The translations under genes were made by a program, and so were the position numbers. From Parcubacteria group bacterium (GTDB lineage: Bacteria; Patescibacteriota; Minisyncoccia; UBA6257; Colwellbacteraceae), in the NCBI GenBank assembly GCA_041649615.1, contig JBAZMT010000004.1, forward strand, positions 691-64,690: DNA of 64,000 nucleotides, read 5' to 3'. The notes beneath the pieces were generated by a model, which searched no databases, was not told the DNA's origin, and saw only the letters and a program-made list of their open reading frames with translations. Each line of letters starts with the position of its first letter. Within the stretch, counting starts at the first letter, position 1. Positions 1-9,306 of this stretch are shown piece after piece.

Positions 1-22
1 TCCCCCGTGAGGGGGATTTTTG
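1..22. terminator. GC hairpin TCCCCC-GTGA-GGGGGA at the window edge, probable terminator downstream of the surface-protein gene
   Basis: 6-bp perfect stem at 1-16 with a T-run on the + side; the other flank is outside the window. Confidence 0.5.
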
Positions 23-79
23 GTAGTAGTCTTCTTTATCTCAAGAAAGAAAACTACACAGTCATCCGAATCGCGCTAT

Positions 80-2067
80 TTAGTGAGCGCCACCCGCGAT
101 GAAGTAAGGATCAGTCTCAAAGTTGCTGTTATCAGTACTGATGTTATAGGTGGTAACCGTGCCTGCGAGAGCGTTAGCTGCCGAATCAGCATAGTTCACA
201 CCAACAAGCTCAACTGAATAACTGCCACCGTTAGCCGTCTTCGGTTCAAGAGTCAACGTGAGCGTAAAGGTCGCGGACGAACCGGCATTAACCTTGTACG
301 TACCACCCGACATGCTAGCAGTTGAAGTTAAGACCGGATCAGCAGTAACGAAGTTGGCAGCGTAGTTAGCAGTAGCAAGCGCCGCACCAGCAGTAATCGC
401 GTTGTAGAGCGCACCATTGGCATCAGCACCTGCATTACCCGCGTCTATTGCAGACGGGGCGATGTATACTGCCTCGTCACCAGCTTCAACCCTAAACTTA
501 ATAGTGTAGGTTCCCGCTGGATCATCAGAGGTACCGCTACCCTTCACATCTGTGCTGGTAGCCGTTACATTGAAGCCTTCAGCAGAGAGCGTGAGAGTGC
601 CTCCTAGCGAAGAACCAGTCGGATTAACCGCATCACCGTTAGAGTCTTCTATGTCCCACTTGGCATCAAGAGGAGCAAGTACGTCCGTATCGGCGACAAT
701 CGTTTCTCCGTCGTTATACGTAGCTGCATCATTAGACTTCTTCAAAGTCGCAACAACGGAATAAGTTTCCGTGTCGCCCTTTGAGATGTCTTGGTTGATG
801 TTGTTAAAGACGACGAGAGCTATTTTATCGCCGGCAGCGCTTCCATTAGCGGTGTCAGAGACGCTCTGCGACTTCAAGGTCTTAGAGCCATTCATAAGCT
901 TCACGGTCTGGACAACTTTGCCCGGATCGACAACCGTTCCGGTAGTGATACGAATCGGGAAGTTGTTGATAGTGATGTCTTGATTCTTGGCTTTAACATT
1001 CACTTCGAGAATCGTTACATCCTCGGTAGTGGCGTTATCGTCAGTATCAACCGTGGCATCATCCGGATTGTCATCGCCTTCAGAGATGGTTACACCTCCT
1101 GCAGCCGCGACATCCACGCTGAAGGTTTCAAGGTAGCCGGCGCCGTAGGTTTCCGAGATGCCGTCAGCCGCGGTAGCGCGAATGCCGTCCGCAGGGATCT
1201 CTACGTCTACATCGTCGCCTGCTTCAGCTGCGCCGATAGAGTTAATCGGCGTAACTTTCACATATAACGTGCCGGTTGCACCGTTCTTGATGACAGGGGT
1301 CAAGTTCGCGAAGCGGTAACTCCACTCCTTGCCGGACTTGTCGCCGTCAGAAGCGTCCATAGTGGCAAGTCTTGTACTGCCAAGATAGAGCGCAACTGTG
1401 TCAATGTACTTCGTGATATTCGAAGATCCATTGCCTTGGATAGTGATAGTCACATCAACGCGTTGAAGTTGGACGTCGCCGCCCTCCGCGTCCATTGAGA
1501 CGCCGAGCACGGACGTTAAGCCGTCGCCTTCATCAAGCGAGCTTTCAACATCACCCGTAGAATCAATGTTTCTCAAGCGGCCCGATCCGGCTAAACCGGT
1601 TACCGTGCCACCACCAGTTGTGCCACCGGTTGTGCCGCCGCCAACAGACGCGATTTTAGCGCGCGTGATAGCGCCGAAGTATCCGGCAGCAGGGGAAATT
1701 CCGTTAGCCGCCTGGAATTTAGCCAAGCGGACTGAGTCAACGTACCGAAGTAAGTTGATTCGTTGCCGACGGAGCCAGCTCCGGAAGCGGCAACAGTAAA
1801 GCCCTTGGAGTTCAAGAACTGCTGGAGAGCCTTAACATCATCACCCGTGGAACCCAGGGTGAGGTCCCGGGTAAAGTTATAGGTGGTGCCTCCAGTAGTA
1901 GAACCGCCGAGCTGTGATTGGAGAGCCGAGATCTGGGCCAAAAGGGCAGTGATCTGGGCCTGCAACTCATCCGCAGTAGCGGCAGAAGCAGGAGTAATTC
2001 CAGAAACGCCCACGATGGTTACCAAAGCGATCGCGGCAACTCCGATTTTGCTTGCAATTTTACTCAT
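80..2067 (-). pseudogene. Secreted S-layer-like surface protein with N-terminal peptidoglycan-binding domain, split by a 1-nt frameshift near 1725-1727 (real lesion or sequencing error)
   Basis: The ORF from ATG 2067 gives a signal peptide (MSKIASKIGVAAIALV..ASA), a coiled coil and FTRDLTLGSTGDDVKALQQFLN..STYFGTLTQSA. It continues in another frame as LAKFQAANGISPAAGYFGAITRAKI, then a Thr/Gly/Asp-rich beta-type body. Confidence 0.8.
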
Positions 2068-2349
2068 TTTGTACAAATTCAGAATAATTTTTGATTTGAT
2101 TTTTATTTTCAGATGACCTGTTTCCCCTATCCGCAACCGACCCGCCGACCATCTTCGTGAGGATGAGTGGACAAGCTTGCTGAAACAGGGAGGTCCTAAA
2201 AGCGTTTTTAAGCGGGGCCTAGAAACAAAAAACCCCACATTCATGTGAGGCATAGAAATACACGTATTAAACAATTAATAGCAGCGGCCCCGCCTCACAC
2301 AAAGCCTTTGCTTAAACCGCATTATAGCGATTCAGTAGGTATAACGCAA
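2068..2349 (-). promoter_or_regulatory. Sigma70-type promoter and about 250-nt structured 5' leader of the surface-protein gene
   Basis: Minus strand TTGCGT (2349-2344), 17 nt, TATAAT (2326-2321). The leader contains a hairpin plus U-tract (2250-2221) and several complementary blocks. Confidence 0.7.
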
Positions 2350-2448
2350 CAACGAGGAAAAAGGTTACAGATGAGATGATCTAGAAAGGAATGTGCCTCC
2401 GGGCCGTTTAGTCAAGTCTTAGTCTCATATATGCATATTCCTTTCTTT

Positions 2449-3213
2449 CTAGAGAGCTATAACCGGAGGAAGAGAGGGGGAAGAATTAGGAGATTCGTCG
2501 TAATAAAGCTGAGGAATATCGTCTGGAGTGGGAATAGTGGAACCCGTCTCCACAGCCGTTGGCTGTGTCGCCGAGGTAAAAGCTTTTACTCTGTAAAAGC
2601 TTTTAGGGCCGGGGGTGCCGACGCGTTCAATTTTTCCTTGTTTTACGAGATTTTCAATCGTTCGGCGGATTGTCCGACCGCTCATTTCACTAAAGGCGAT
2701 TTCTAAATCCCTCAACTTGGCCATGTCGTGTTCCGCTACGTATTGAATTATTTTGGCCGGGTCAAAGATTGGTTTACGGCCGGATCCGTTTGACCGGATC
2801 TTTTTGGCCGGAACTGATGTATTGATGGCCGGATTGTTTTTATGACCGGCCTGAATTTCCGTCTGCGCGGGAATAACAGAAGGAGACGAAGATGTGGCCA
2901 TGTTTGGAATTTGGCGGACAAAACGAGTGGAAATATCCATGTCCTCAATAACAGGCACGGCCATAATTCCTTTCCTTAGCGATTCCAGCTCTCTAATTAG
3001 GATAACTGTATTAATTGGTTTTATTTCCCCTACCTCGCGGCCAAATGACAAAAGGTTCTCTGCGCGAAGGATATTGTCCGGGCAAGGGTCAACGGTAAAG
3101 GTGATGGCCAGATTCTCAAGCTCGGACTTTAATCCCGAGTGGTTTATGACGGAGGCCACTTTGAACATCGCGATCGCGATGTCCGAGACAAGCGACTGAA
3201 GTCCGGGATTCAT
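2449..3213 (-). CDS. Hypothetical protein with a winged-helix (DeoR-like HTH) domain in the C-terminal half
   Basis: IIQYVAEHDMAKLRDLEIAFSEMSGRTIRRTIENLVKQGKIERVG fits a wHTH; helical N-terminus and low-complexity linker. Confidence 0.65.
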   Translation of the reverse strand: MNPGLQSLVSDIAIAMFKVASVINHSGLKSELENLAITFTVDPCPDNILRAENLLSFGREVGEIKPINTVILIRELESLRKGIMAVPVIEDMDISTRFVRQIPNMATSSSPSVIPAQTEIQAGHKNNPAINTSVPAKKIRSNGSGRKPIFDPAKIIQYVAEHDMAKLRDLEIAFSEMSGRTIRRTIENLVKQGKIERVGTPGPKSFYRVKAFTSATQPTAVETGSTIPTPDDIPQLYYDESPNSSPSLPPVIAL

Positions 3214-3329
3214 TAGCTCCTATATAACAAAGTGGCCAGATGGATGTCAAAGTTGACGAGAGCGAGACGATCTATTGTTTTTCAGAACCGTTTTTTCTTT
3301 CCCTAACGGGAAAGACCAACTTATAGGAA

Positions 3330-3764
3330 CTAGTGAGTTTTTCCTGGATGAGTGAGGTGAATTTTAAGAAATTTCTCTATAGCGTGAACTGTTTCGTCCT
3401 TAAAAAGAGGATCGCTTTCCGCCACCCATTTCGCGAGATTGTAAAGTCGTTGATTATCCGCCGAAAGCCAGCGCTTATTTTTATATAGAAAGGTAAGCAT
3501 GCTCGTGACCGCAATTCGTTTGTTACCGTTCTGAAAAGGATGATTCTTTATTATGGAGTAAAAAAGAACGGCCGCTTTAGGCATTAATCCCTGATACAAG
3601 AGACGTTTGTCCCAGGTCTGAAAAGGCAATGCTACACAAGCTTCTAGTTTATTCGGGAATCTAGTTTCAAACGCGGGTATCGGTTCGTCCCAAGACATTA
3701 ATTCTTTGGCGAGGCTGTGAGCCACATACTGTATGTCTTCCACTGATATGCTTTGGAGCTTCAT
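3330..3764 (-). CDS. Fic/Doc family toxin
   Basis: Motif HPFQNGNKRIA (Doc-type HPFxxGNKR); probable start at ATG 3764, just after the upstream gene's stop. Confidence 0.85.
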   Translation of the reverse strand: MKLQSISVEDIQYVAHSLAKELMSWDEPIPAFETRFPNKLEACVALPFQTWDKRLLYQGLMPKAAVLFYSIIKNHPFQNGNKRIAVTSMLTFLYKNKRWLSADNQRLYNLAKWVAESDPLFKDETVHAIEKFLKIHLTHPGKTH

Positions 3765-3765
3765 A

Positions 3766-4017
3766 TTATTCTTGTCCAAGCATTTTCAGGGCTACACCAT
3801 ACTCTTTAACAGTCTTCTTGACGGCCTCGTCAATCAATTTCTTTTCTTTATCAGAGAGTTCTTTTCGGCTTCCAATAATCTCGTTTTTTGGTATTGCAAA
3901 ATTCCGGCCGAATTTTTTGGCTTTAATTTCCCCGGATTTAATACGATTGAACACAGTTACTCTGCTGACGCCTAATTTTTTGGCTGCTTCAGCAGTTGTT
4001 AAGTATTCCTTTTCCAT
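3766..4017 (-). CDS. Excisionase-like HTH protein, probable cognate antitoxin
   Basis: YLTTAEAAKKLGVSRVTVFNRIKSGEIKAKKFG is an HTH_17-type domain; 83 aa, directly upstream of the Doc gene. Confidence 0.75.
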   Translation of the reverse strand: MEKEYLTTAEAAKKLGVSRVTVFNRIKSGEIKAKKFGRNFAIPKNEIIGSRKELSDKEKKLIDEAVKKTVKEYGVALKMLGQE

Positions 4018-4026
4018 AGCAATATA

Positions 4027-4061
4027 TTAACAGCTGTTAACCACTATTTCAATAGGTTAAC
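4027..4061. promoter_or_regulatory. Putative operator of the toxin-antitoxin operon
   Basis: Perfect 14-bp palindrome TTAACAGCTGTTAA (4027-4040), 9 nt before the start codon; GTTAAC boxes at 4036 and 4056. Confidence 0.55.
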
Positions 4062-4068
4062 AAGAGGA

Positions 4069-4800
4069 TTAGAACGCCGTAAACAATAGAATCACGAAAC
4101 TCGCGATCACCGCGAGGACGGCTATGAAAGGCGCGTTTGTTTGATAAAGTTTGCCGCGCAGGTATTCCACGATCATATAAAACGCGCCCGAGAAAGAAAT
4201 AAATACCGAAACGGTCGCCCAAATAACGGAGAGATTCAAATAAAATACCGCCCAGGCGAGTTCCGTAACGAGAAGAGAAGAAACAACGGCGAGAAGTCCC
4301 GTACGGCCAGTTTGCCAACCGTTCCGCCACTCGGTAGGTTCCGAGGCAGGCGTAAAAGAAGCGAGAGCGTCTCGGCAAAAGAAAAATACCACGAGAGCAA
4401 GAATGGGAAGATGGATGATTCCCGCGAAGAAACCGTAAAGCGAAGCGAAGATAATAACGCCGAGAAAGACGAAAAAGAACGGGGCGCGGCGGATGAAAAT
4501 CACGTTTTTGACGCCCAAGAGAAGCACAAACAGCGCGGCGACAATAACGGAAGCTATTACGCCCGGCCAACCGGAGAAAGGAGAAAAGTTCGCAATGAAA
4601 AACGAGCCGGCGGAAAGAAGAAAAGCGATAAAGCTCAGAACGAAGCTAAAAGAAAACGTGAGCGGCCAGAAATAAAGAAAAGCCGCCAAAATTCCCGCCG
4701 CCCAGACGGGCAGGAAATAAAGAGCGAGCGCCAAGGCAACGGCCTTAACTCCCAATCTTAATTTCGGAGTTTTCAATACCGATTTTAATTTTTCCGCCAT
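4069..4800 (-). CDS. Multi-pass membrane protein of unknown function
   Basis: 243 aa, many hydrophobic segments; overlaps the clpB 3' end. Confidence 0.7.
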   Translation of the reverse strand: MAEKLKSVLKTPKLRLGVKAVALALALYFLPVWAAGILAAFLYFWPLTFSFSFVLSFIAFLLSAGSFFIANFSPFSGWPGVIASVIVAALFVLLLGVKNVIFIRRAPFFFVFLGVIIFASLYGFFAGIIHLPILALVVFFFCRDALASFTPASEPTEWRNGWQTGRTGLLAVVSSLLVTELAWAVFYLNLSVIWATVSVFISFSGAFYMIVEYLRGKLYQTNAPFIAVLAVIASFVILLFTAF

Positions 4801-7372
4801 CTTTCATTTCGCCGCGAATGAGTCTGTCCGCGAGTTTGTCCAAAACGACTTTCTGGATGAGCCTTTTTAACGGTCTCGCGCCGAATTCGGGATCAAAACC
4901 GTTTTCGGCCAGATATTTTTTGGCCGCCGCGTTGACGCTCATTTTAATCCCCTTTTCCTCAAGACGTTCGCGCACCGAATCAAGCTGAATATCCACGATC
5001 TTCATCAAATCGTTTTTGGTAAGGGATTTAAAGATAACGATGTCGTCCAAACGGTTCAAAAATTCGGGGCGGAATTGGTCTTTCAAGGCTTCCATAACGC
5101 GCGTCCGGTAATCTTCCTCGCGTTCTTCAAGTTCTTTGTCGGAAGAAGAAAAGCCGATGCGGGAAATTTCTTTGCCCAGTTCGGAGCCCGCATTTGAGGT
5201 CAAAATAATGATGCTGTTCTTGAAATTAACCACTTTTCCTTTGGAATCGGTCAATCGGCCGTTATCAAGTACTTGAAGGAGGATATTAAAGACTTCGGGA
5301 TGCGCTTTTTCTATCTCATCAAAGAGAATGAGGCTGTACGGCCGATGACGAATGATTTCGGTTAGTTGGCCTCCTTCTTCGTGCCCCACGTAACCCGGAG
5401 GCGAACCGATAAGACGCGAAACGGAGTGCCGTTCCATATATTCGGACATATCAACCCTGATGAGCGAGTCTTCTTTATTGAACATAAACTTGGCCAAAGC
5501 TTTGGCAAGTTCCGTCTTCCCGACTCCGGTCGGTCCCAAAAACATAAACGATCCCAAAGGACGATTCGGATCGGCGAGTCCCGCGCGGGCACGTCTCAAG
5601 GCGTTTGCGATCGCGGAAATCGCTTCTTCCTGACCAACGACTCGTTTATGAAGTTCGTCTTCAATGCGGATAAGTTTTTCCGATTCGGTTTCCAAAAGAT
5701 TCGTGATGGGAATACCCGTCCAGCGCGAAATTACTTCGGCAACGTCTTCTTTATCCACTTCTTCGCGGGTAAAACGCTTTTTACTGTTGGGAGCAAAATA
5801 TTTTTTTTCATAAGAAGACAATTCTCTTTCTGCCTGCGGGAGATCGCCGTAGCGGAGTTTCGCAACCGCTTCCAAATCCCCTTCGCGTTCGGCGATTTCC
5901 GCTTCGCGTTTGAGCGAGTCTATCCGGCGGCGAAGATTGCGTACGTTTTCGCCCGTCATTCGCTCCGCAGACCATTCGGCGCTGATTTCATCGTATTTTT
6001 CTTTCTCCGCGGCAAGCTCTTTATCAATTTCCGTAATTCGCGCGGCTCGCGTTTTGGAAGTCGGCTCGTTTTCCAGCGCTTTCTTTTCAATTTCCAAACT
6101 CGTGATCCTTTTTTTGAGTTTATCAATGTCTGTAGGAACGGAATCGGTTTCAAGTTTTCTCGCGGCTGCGGCTTCGTCAATCACGTCCACCGCTTTATCG
6201 GGAAGAAAACGGTCGGTTATGTAACGGCTTGAAAGCGAAACCGCCGCCTGAATGGCGTCGTCCGAAATGCGAAGTCCGTGATGAGTTTCATAGCGTTCTT
6301 TAAGACCGCGTAAAATATTCACGCTGTCTTCAATCGTCGGTTCTTCAACCATTATGGGTTGGAACCTGCGTTCCAATGCGGCGTCACGCTCTATGTAGCG
6401 CTGATATTCTTTGGTGGTTGTCGCGCCGATCGCGTGTAATTCTCCTCTCGCGAGAGCCGGTTTTAAGAGATTAGAGGCGTCAATCGCCCCTTCGGCCTGG
6501 CCGGCGCCAACAATCGTGTGGATTTCGTCAATGAATAAAATATATTTGCCGTTCGCAGATTTAATTTCCTTAATAAACGCCTTAAGCCTGTCTTCAAACT
6601 CGCCGCGGAATTTGGTGCCGGCAATGAGTGAGCCCAAATCGAGAGAAATGACTTCTTTTTCCTTTAAAGTTTCGGGAACGTCGTTTCCGACTATTTTTTT
6701 GGCGAGGCCTTCAACGATAGCCGTTTTTCCCACGCCCGGTTCTCCGATCAGCACCGGATTATTTTTCGTTCTTCTAGAAAGAACTTGAATGATGCGGCGA
6801 AGTTCTTCGTCCCGGCCTATAAGCGGGTCCAGTTTTCCGGCACGCGCTTTTTCGGTTAGATTTTCGGCGTATTTTTCCAAAACTCTGAATTTTGATTCGG
6901 GGGTTTCGTCCGTTACGCGAACGTTTCCGCGAAGTTCCGCAAGCGCGTGAAGGACGACATCACGTTTGACGCCGAATCGTTCCAAAAGGCCGCGCGCGGC
7001 CGAAGGAACTTCAACGAGTCCCATAAATAAATGTTCGCAAGAAATAAATTCGTCTTTTGAGGCGTGCGCGAATTTGGCGGCGACGTCAATTACTCGAACC
7101 GACTCTTCTGAAAGATAAAGCTGAGCCACCGAAGACGAAGAAACGGAACGGGGATAGCGGCGCATTTCCGCTTCCAGTTCGGCGTCAAATTCATCCAATT
7201 CCACGTTCGCTTTTTCTAGGATAGGCTGAATGAGAGATTCCGGATCGTGGAGTAAAACGGATAAAAGATGAAGGGCGCGGAATTCGCCGTGACCTTCGGA
7301 GGAGGCCAGATCTTGGGCGTTTTGAATGGCTTCTTGAGCCTTGATAGTAAAACGATTAAATGAGTTGTTCAT
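4745..7372 (-). CDS. clpB: ATP-dependent chaperone ClpB
   Basis: Clp N-domain, two AAA modules ([16 protein letters not shown]), coiled-coil middle domain, GSPPGYVG. Confidence 0.95.
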   Translation of the reverse strand: MNNSFNRFTIKAQEAIQNAQDLASSEGHGEFRALHLLSVLLHDPESLIQPILEKANVELDEFDAELEAEMRRYPRSVSSSSVAQLYLSEESVRVIDVAAKFAHASKDEFISCEHLFMGLVEVPSAARGLLERFGVKRDVVLHALAELRGNVRVTDETPESKFRVLEKYAENLTEKARAGKLDPLIGRDEELRRIIQVLSRRTKNNPVLIGEPGVGKTAIVEGLAKKIVGNDVPETLKEKEVISLDLGSLIAGTKFRGEFEDRLKAFIKEIKSANGKYILFIDEIHTIVGAGQAEGAIDASNLLKPALARGELHAIGATTTKEYQRYIERDAALERRFQPIMVEEPTIEDSVNILRGLKERYETHHGLRISDDAIQAAVSLSSRYITDRFLPDKAVDVIDEAAAARKLETDSVPTDIDKLKKRITSLEIEKKALENEPTSKTRAARITEIDKELAAEKEKYDEISAEWSAERMTGENVRNLRRRIDSLKREAEIAEREGDLEAVAKLRYGDLPQAERELSSYEKKYFAPNSKKRFTREEVDKEDVAEVISRWTGIPITNLLETESEKLIRIEDELHKRVVGQEEAISAIANALRRARAGLADPNRPLGSFMFLGPTGVGKTELAKALAKFMFNKEDSLIRVDMSEYMERHSVSRLIGSPPGYVGHEEGGQLTEIIRHRPYSLILFDEIEKAHPEVFNILLQVLDNGRLTDSKGKVVNFKNSIIILTSNAGSELGKEISRIGFSSSDKELEEREEDYRTRVMEALKDQFRPEFLNRLDDIVIFKSLTKNDLMKIVDIQLDSVRERLEEKGIKMSVNAAAKKYLAENGFDPEFGARPLKRLIQKVVLDKLADRLIRGEMKDGGKIKIGIENSEIKIGS

Positions 7373-7424
7373 AAATTGCTATATATAAGTATAACGCAGG
7401 GGGTATGATGTCAAACAAGGCATA

Positions 7425-7452
7425 AAAAACCGCGTAGTTATTACGCGGTTTG
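7425..7452 (-). terminator. Intrinsic terminator
   Basis: AAAAAACCGCGTA-GTTAT-TACGCGGTTT, just after the stop of the ORF ending at 7457. Confidence 0.7.
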
Positions 7453-7456
7453 TGTA

Positions 7457-8164
7457 TCAAGGACGTGTTTTCTCAATCCGTCTATCAAACCAGTCGGAAT
7501 GTTTCTTCAGTTCTCTTGAAAACAGCCAGAACCAAAGTCTGTGAAGCAAGTTCCCTTTCTTGCGGGGCGTGGTTTTGATGGGCGGGTCGTCATCTTCAAG
7601 AGACAGCGTGCCTGCCTCGAAATCGTTCGGAGCGGGTTCAAATCTCACATCCGATTTCATGACGTAAATCTGGCTCTTGATGCGGAGACAAAGATGGGCA
7701 AGTAATTTGTCCATACTTTCCCTAAAGCAAAGGGAATACCCCAGGTGTTTTTCTCCGTCCCAGAAAAAATTGAAGTACTTGTCAACGCTCACCAGCGTGA
7801 CGCCACCGGGTGAGAATTTGTGAAGATCGTCAAAAAGAGTAAGTTCCATTTCACCAAGCGGGTTTGTTTCCAATCCATCCAATCCGTAATAGTCAATCTG
7901 ATAACGAAGTTCGCACCGCGATTCTTGAAGTTTAGCGTTCATCCGAGTAATAAGATCGTCGCAGATGAGCCTAAGAGATTTTTTGACCGCTTCCTCAAGA
8001 ATTTTATTGATTTCCATTGTACGAGTGTATATAGCTTCGTAATCGGCGCGAAGCTGCTTTCTGGCGGAACGAAGTTGTACGATCACAAACGTCATAAAGA
8101 CGATGATCGCGCCGGCGATGAGATACACGATATCGGGAAGATTGAAAGACGAAATCAAAAACAT
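7457..8164 (-). CDS. Orphan protein with N-terminal membrane anchor and coiled coil
   Basis: AGGAGG precedes ATG 8164 (MFLISS..); TM segment IVYLIAGAIIVFMTFVIV. Confidence 0.65.
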   Translation of the reverse strand: MFLISSFNLPDIVYLIAGAIIVFMTFVIVQLRSARKQLRADYEAIYTRTMEINKILEEAVKKSLRLICDDLITRMNAKLQESRCELRYQIDYYGLDGLETNPLGEMELTLFDDLHKFSPGGVTLVSVDKYFNFFWDGEKHLGYSLCFRESMDKLLAHLCLRIKSQIYVMKSDVRFEPAPNDFEAGTLSLEDDDPPIKTTPRKKGNLLHRLWFWLFSRELKKHSDWFDRRIEKTRP

Positions 8165-8240
8165 AGAAAGTTCCTCCTGTATTTTATTGTTAAGGTTCGA
8201 GCGTAACATATTTATAGTATCTTGTCAATAGAAAACCGCG

Positions 8241-8678
8241 CTATTTGCGCGGTGGGTTGATAAGGCGATAAAGACGAAGAGCGGCTTCGCTTGCAAGCGT
8301 TATTCTATCTTCTTTTCTAGAGAGTTTATAGCGTATCTTCTCATCATCGGGGAAAACGAGGTGGTATCCGCTTAGAACTCGGATAACGACTTCCTTGTCG
8401 CAGGACTCGTCGTTTAAAAGAATAATGGCCACGATGATATATCCGATGATCTTTTGCCCGCGGTCCATGGCATAAACGTAATTGTAACAGGGGGAAACGA
8501 GCGTTCTCGATGGAAGCTTTTTTAACGCTTCCGTTCTGATGAGGTCAAGCAGGTGCTTGAGATTCTTAGCTCTGACTTTCTTCATCAGGTGCCAAACGAC
8601 GATGCCAACAAGGCAGAGGAAGGAGAGCGAAAGAAAGGCTACGAGAATTACCTGAAGCCAATCGGTAGAAATAGGCAT
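8241..8678 (-). CDS. Orphan protein with N-terminal membrane anchor
   Basis: AAGGAGG upstream; TM followed by basic residues; hairpin overlapping the stop. Confidence 0.65.
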   Translation of the reverse strand: MPISTDWLQVILVAFLSLSFLCLVGIVVWHLMKKVRAKNLKHLLDLIRTEALKKLPSRTLVSPCYNYVYAMDRGQKIIGYIIVAIILLNDESCDKEVVIRVLSGYHLVFPDDEKIRYKLSRKEDRITLASEAALRLYRLINPPRK

Positions 8679-8783
8679 AGCTAGTCCTCCTTTATTTTTA
8701 AAAAACTTTATTGCAGGGTGGCACTCCCGGAAAAATTTGTCAAAATCCCTCCGTTCGCGAGCGGAGAGATAAAAAACCCGCGC

Positions 8784-9215
8784 CTAGCGCGGGGTGAAGA
8801 ATTTTTCATTTATGACATGCCGAATTTTCGCGAGCAAGGAATTTATGCCTTTAGGGAAGGCATAACTCTCGGGATAACCCTCTATAGAAACCAGAAGATC
8901 TTCGTTTAAGACGATTTTTACCGAGCCTAAGGGAACATCTGACCGCTCAAACTCTATCCGAATCGCCTTTTTCCTGAGAAAGTGGCCCGGGTTTTTGGGA
9001 TCTTCCGGCATTTCCCAACCTGATTCGCATACAACGGCAGACGGATATGAACTTTTGATTTCATCCATGACGCGATCTTCAACGTCCGTGAGAATACTTT
9101 CCATAAGCCGTTCCGACTTACCTTTTTCTTTTCTTATTCTGTAAAGCAGCCAGAGAATGATCAGGAGAGATACACCGAGAACGATAAACGTCTGAGCGTT
9201 AGGATCGTTAAGCAT
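8784..9215 (-). CDS. Orphan protein with N-terminal membrane anchor
   Basis: AAGGAGGT upstream; TM FIVLGVSLLIILWLLY; terminator-like hairpin overlapping the stop (about 8771-8795). Confidence 0.65.
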   Translation of the reverse strand: MLNDPNAQTFIVLGVSLLIILWLLYRIRKEKGKSERLMESILTDVEDRVMDEIKSSYPSAVVCESGWEMPEDPKNPGHFLRKKAIRIEFERSDVPLGSVKIVLNEDLLVSIEGYPESYAFPKGINSLLAKIRHVINEKFFTPR

Positions 9216-9306
9216 CTGAAATACCTCCTTGCCTCATATTTTATTTAAAAGGCGCTACTCCGAGGGTAACGCTTTTATATTTTTAAATCAATGAGAATTC
9301 GGGGAA

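Noticed and set aside
2068-2274. N-terminal extension of ORF 1600..2274
   Set aside because: The signal peptide begins at ATG 2067; the upstream part is the structured leader.
4141-6788. Long antisense or alternate-frame ORFs (e.g. 4141..4761, 5366..6232) and similar ones across the window
   Set aside because: They are shadows of well-supported genes on the opposite strand, with no recognisable motifs.
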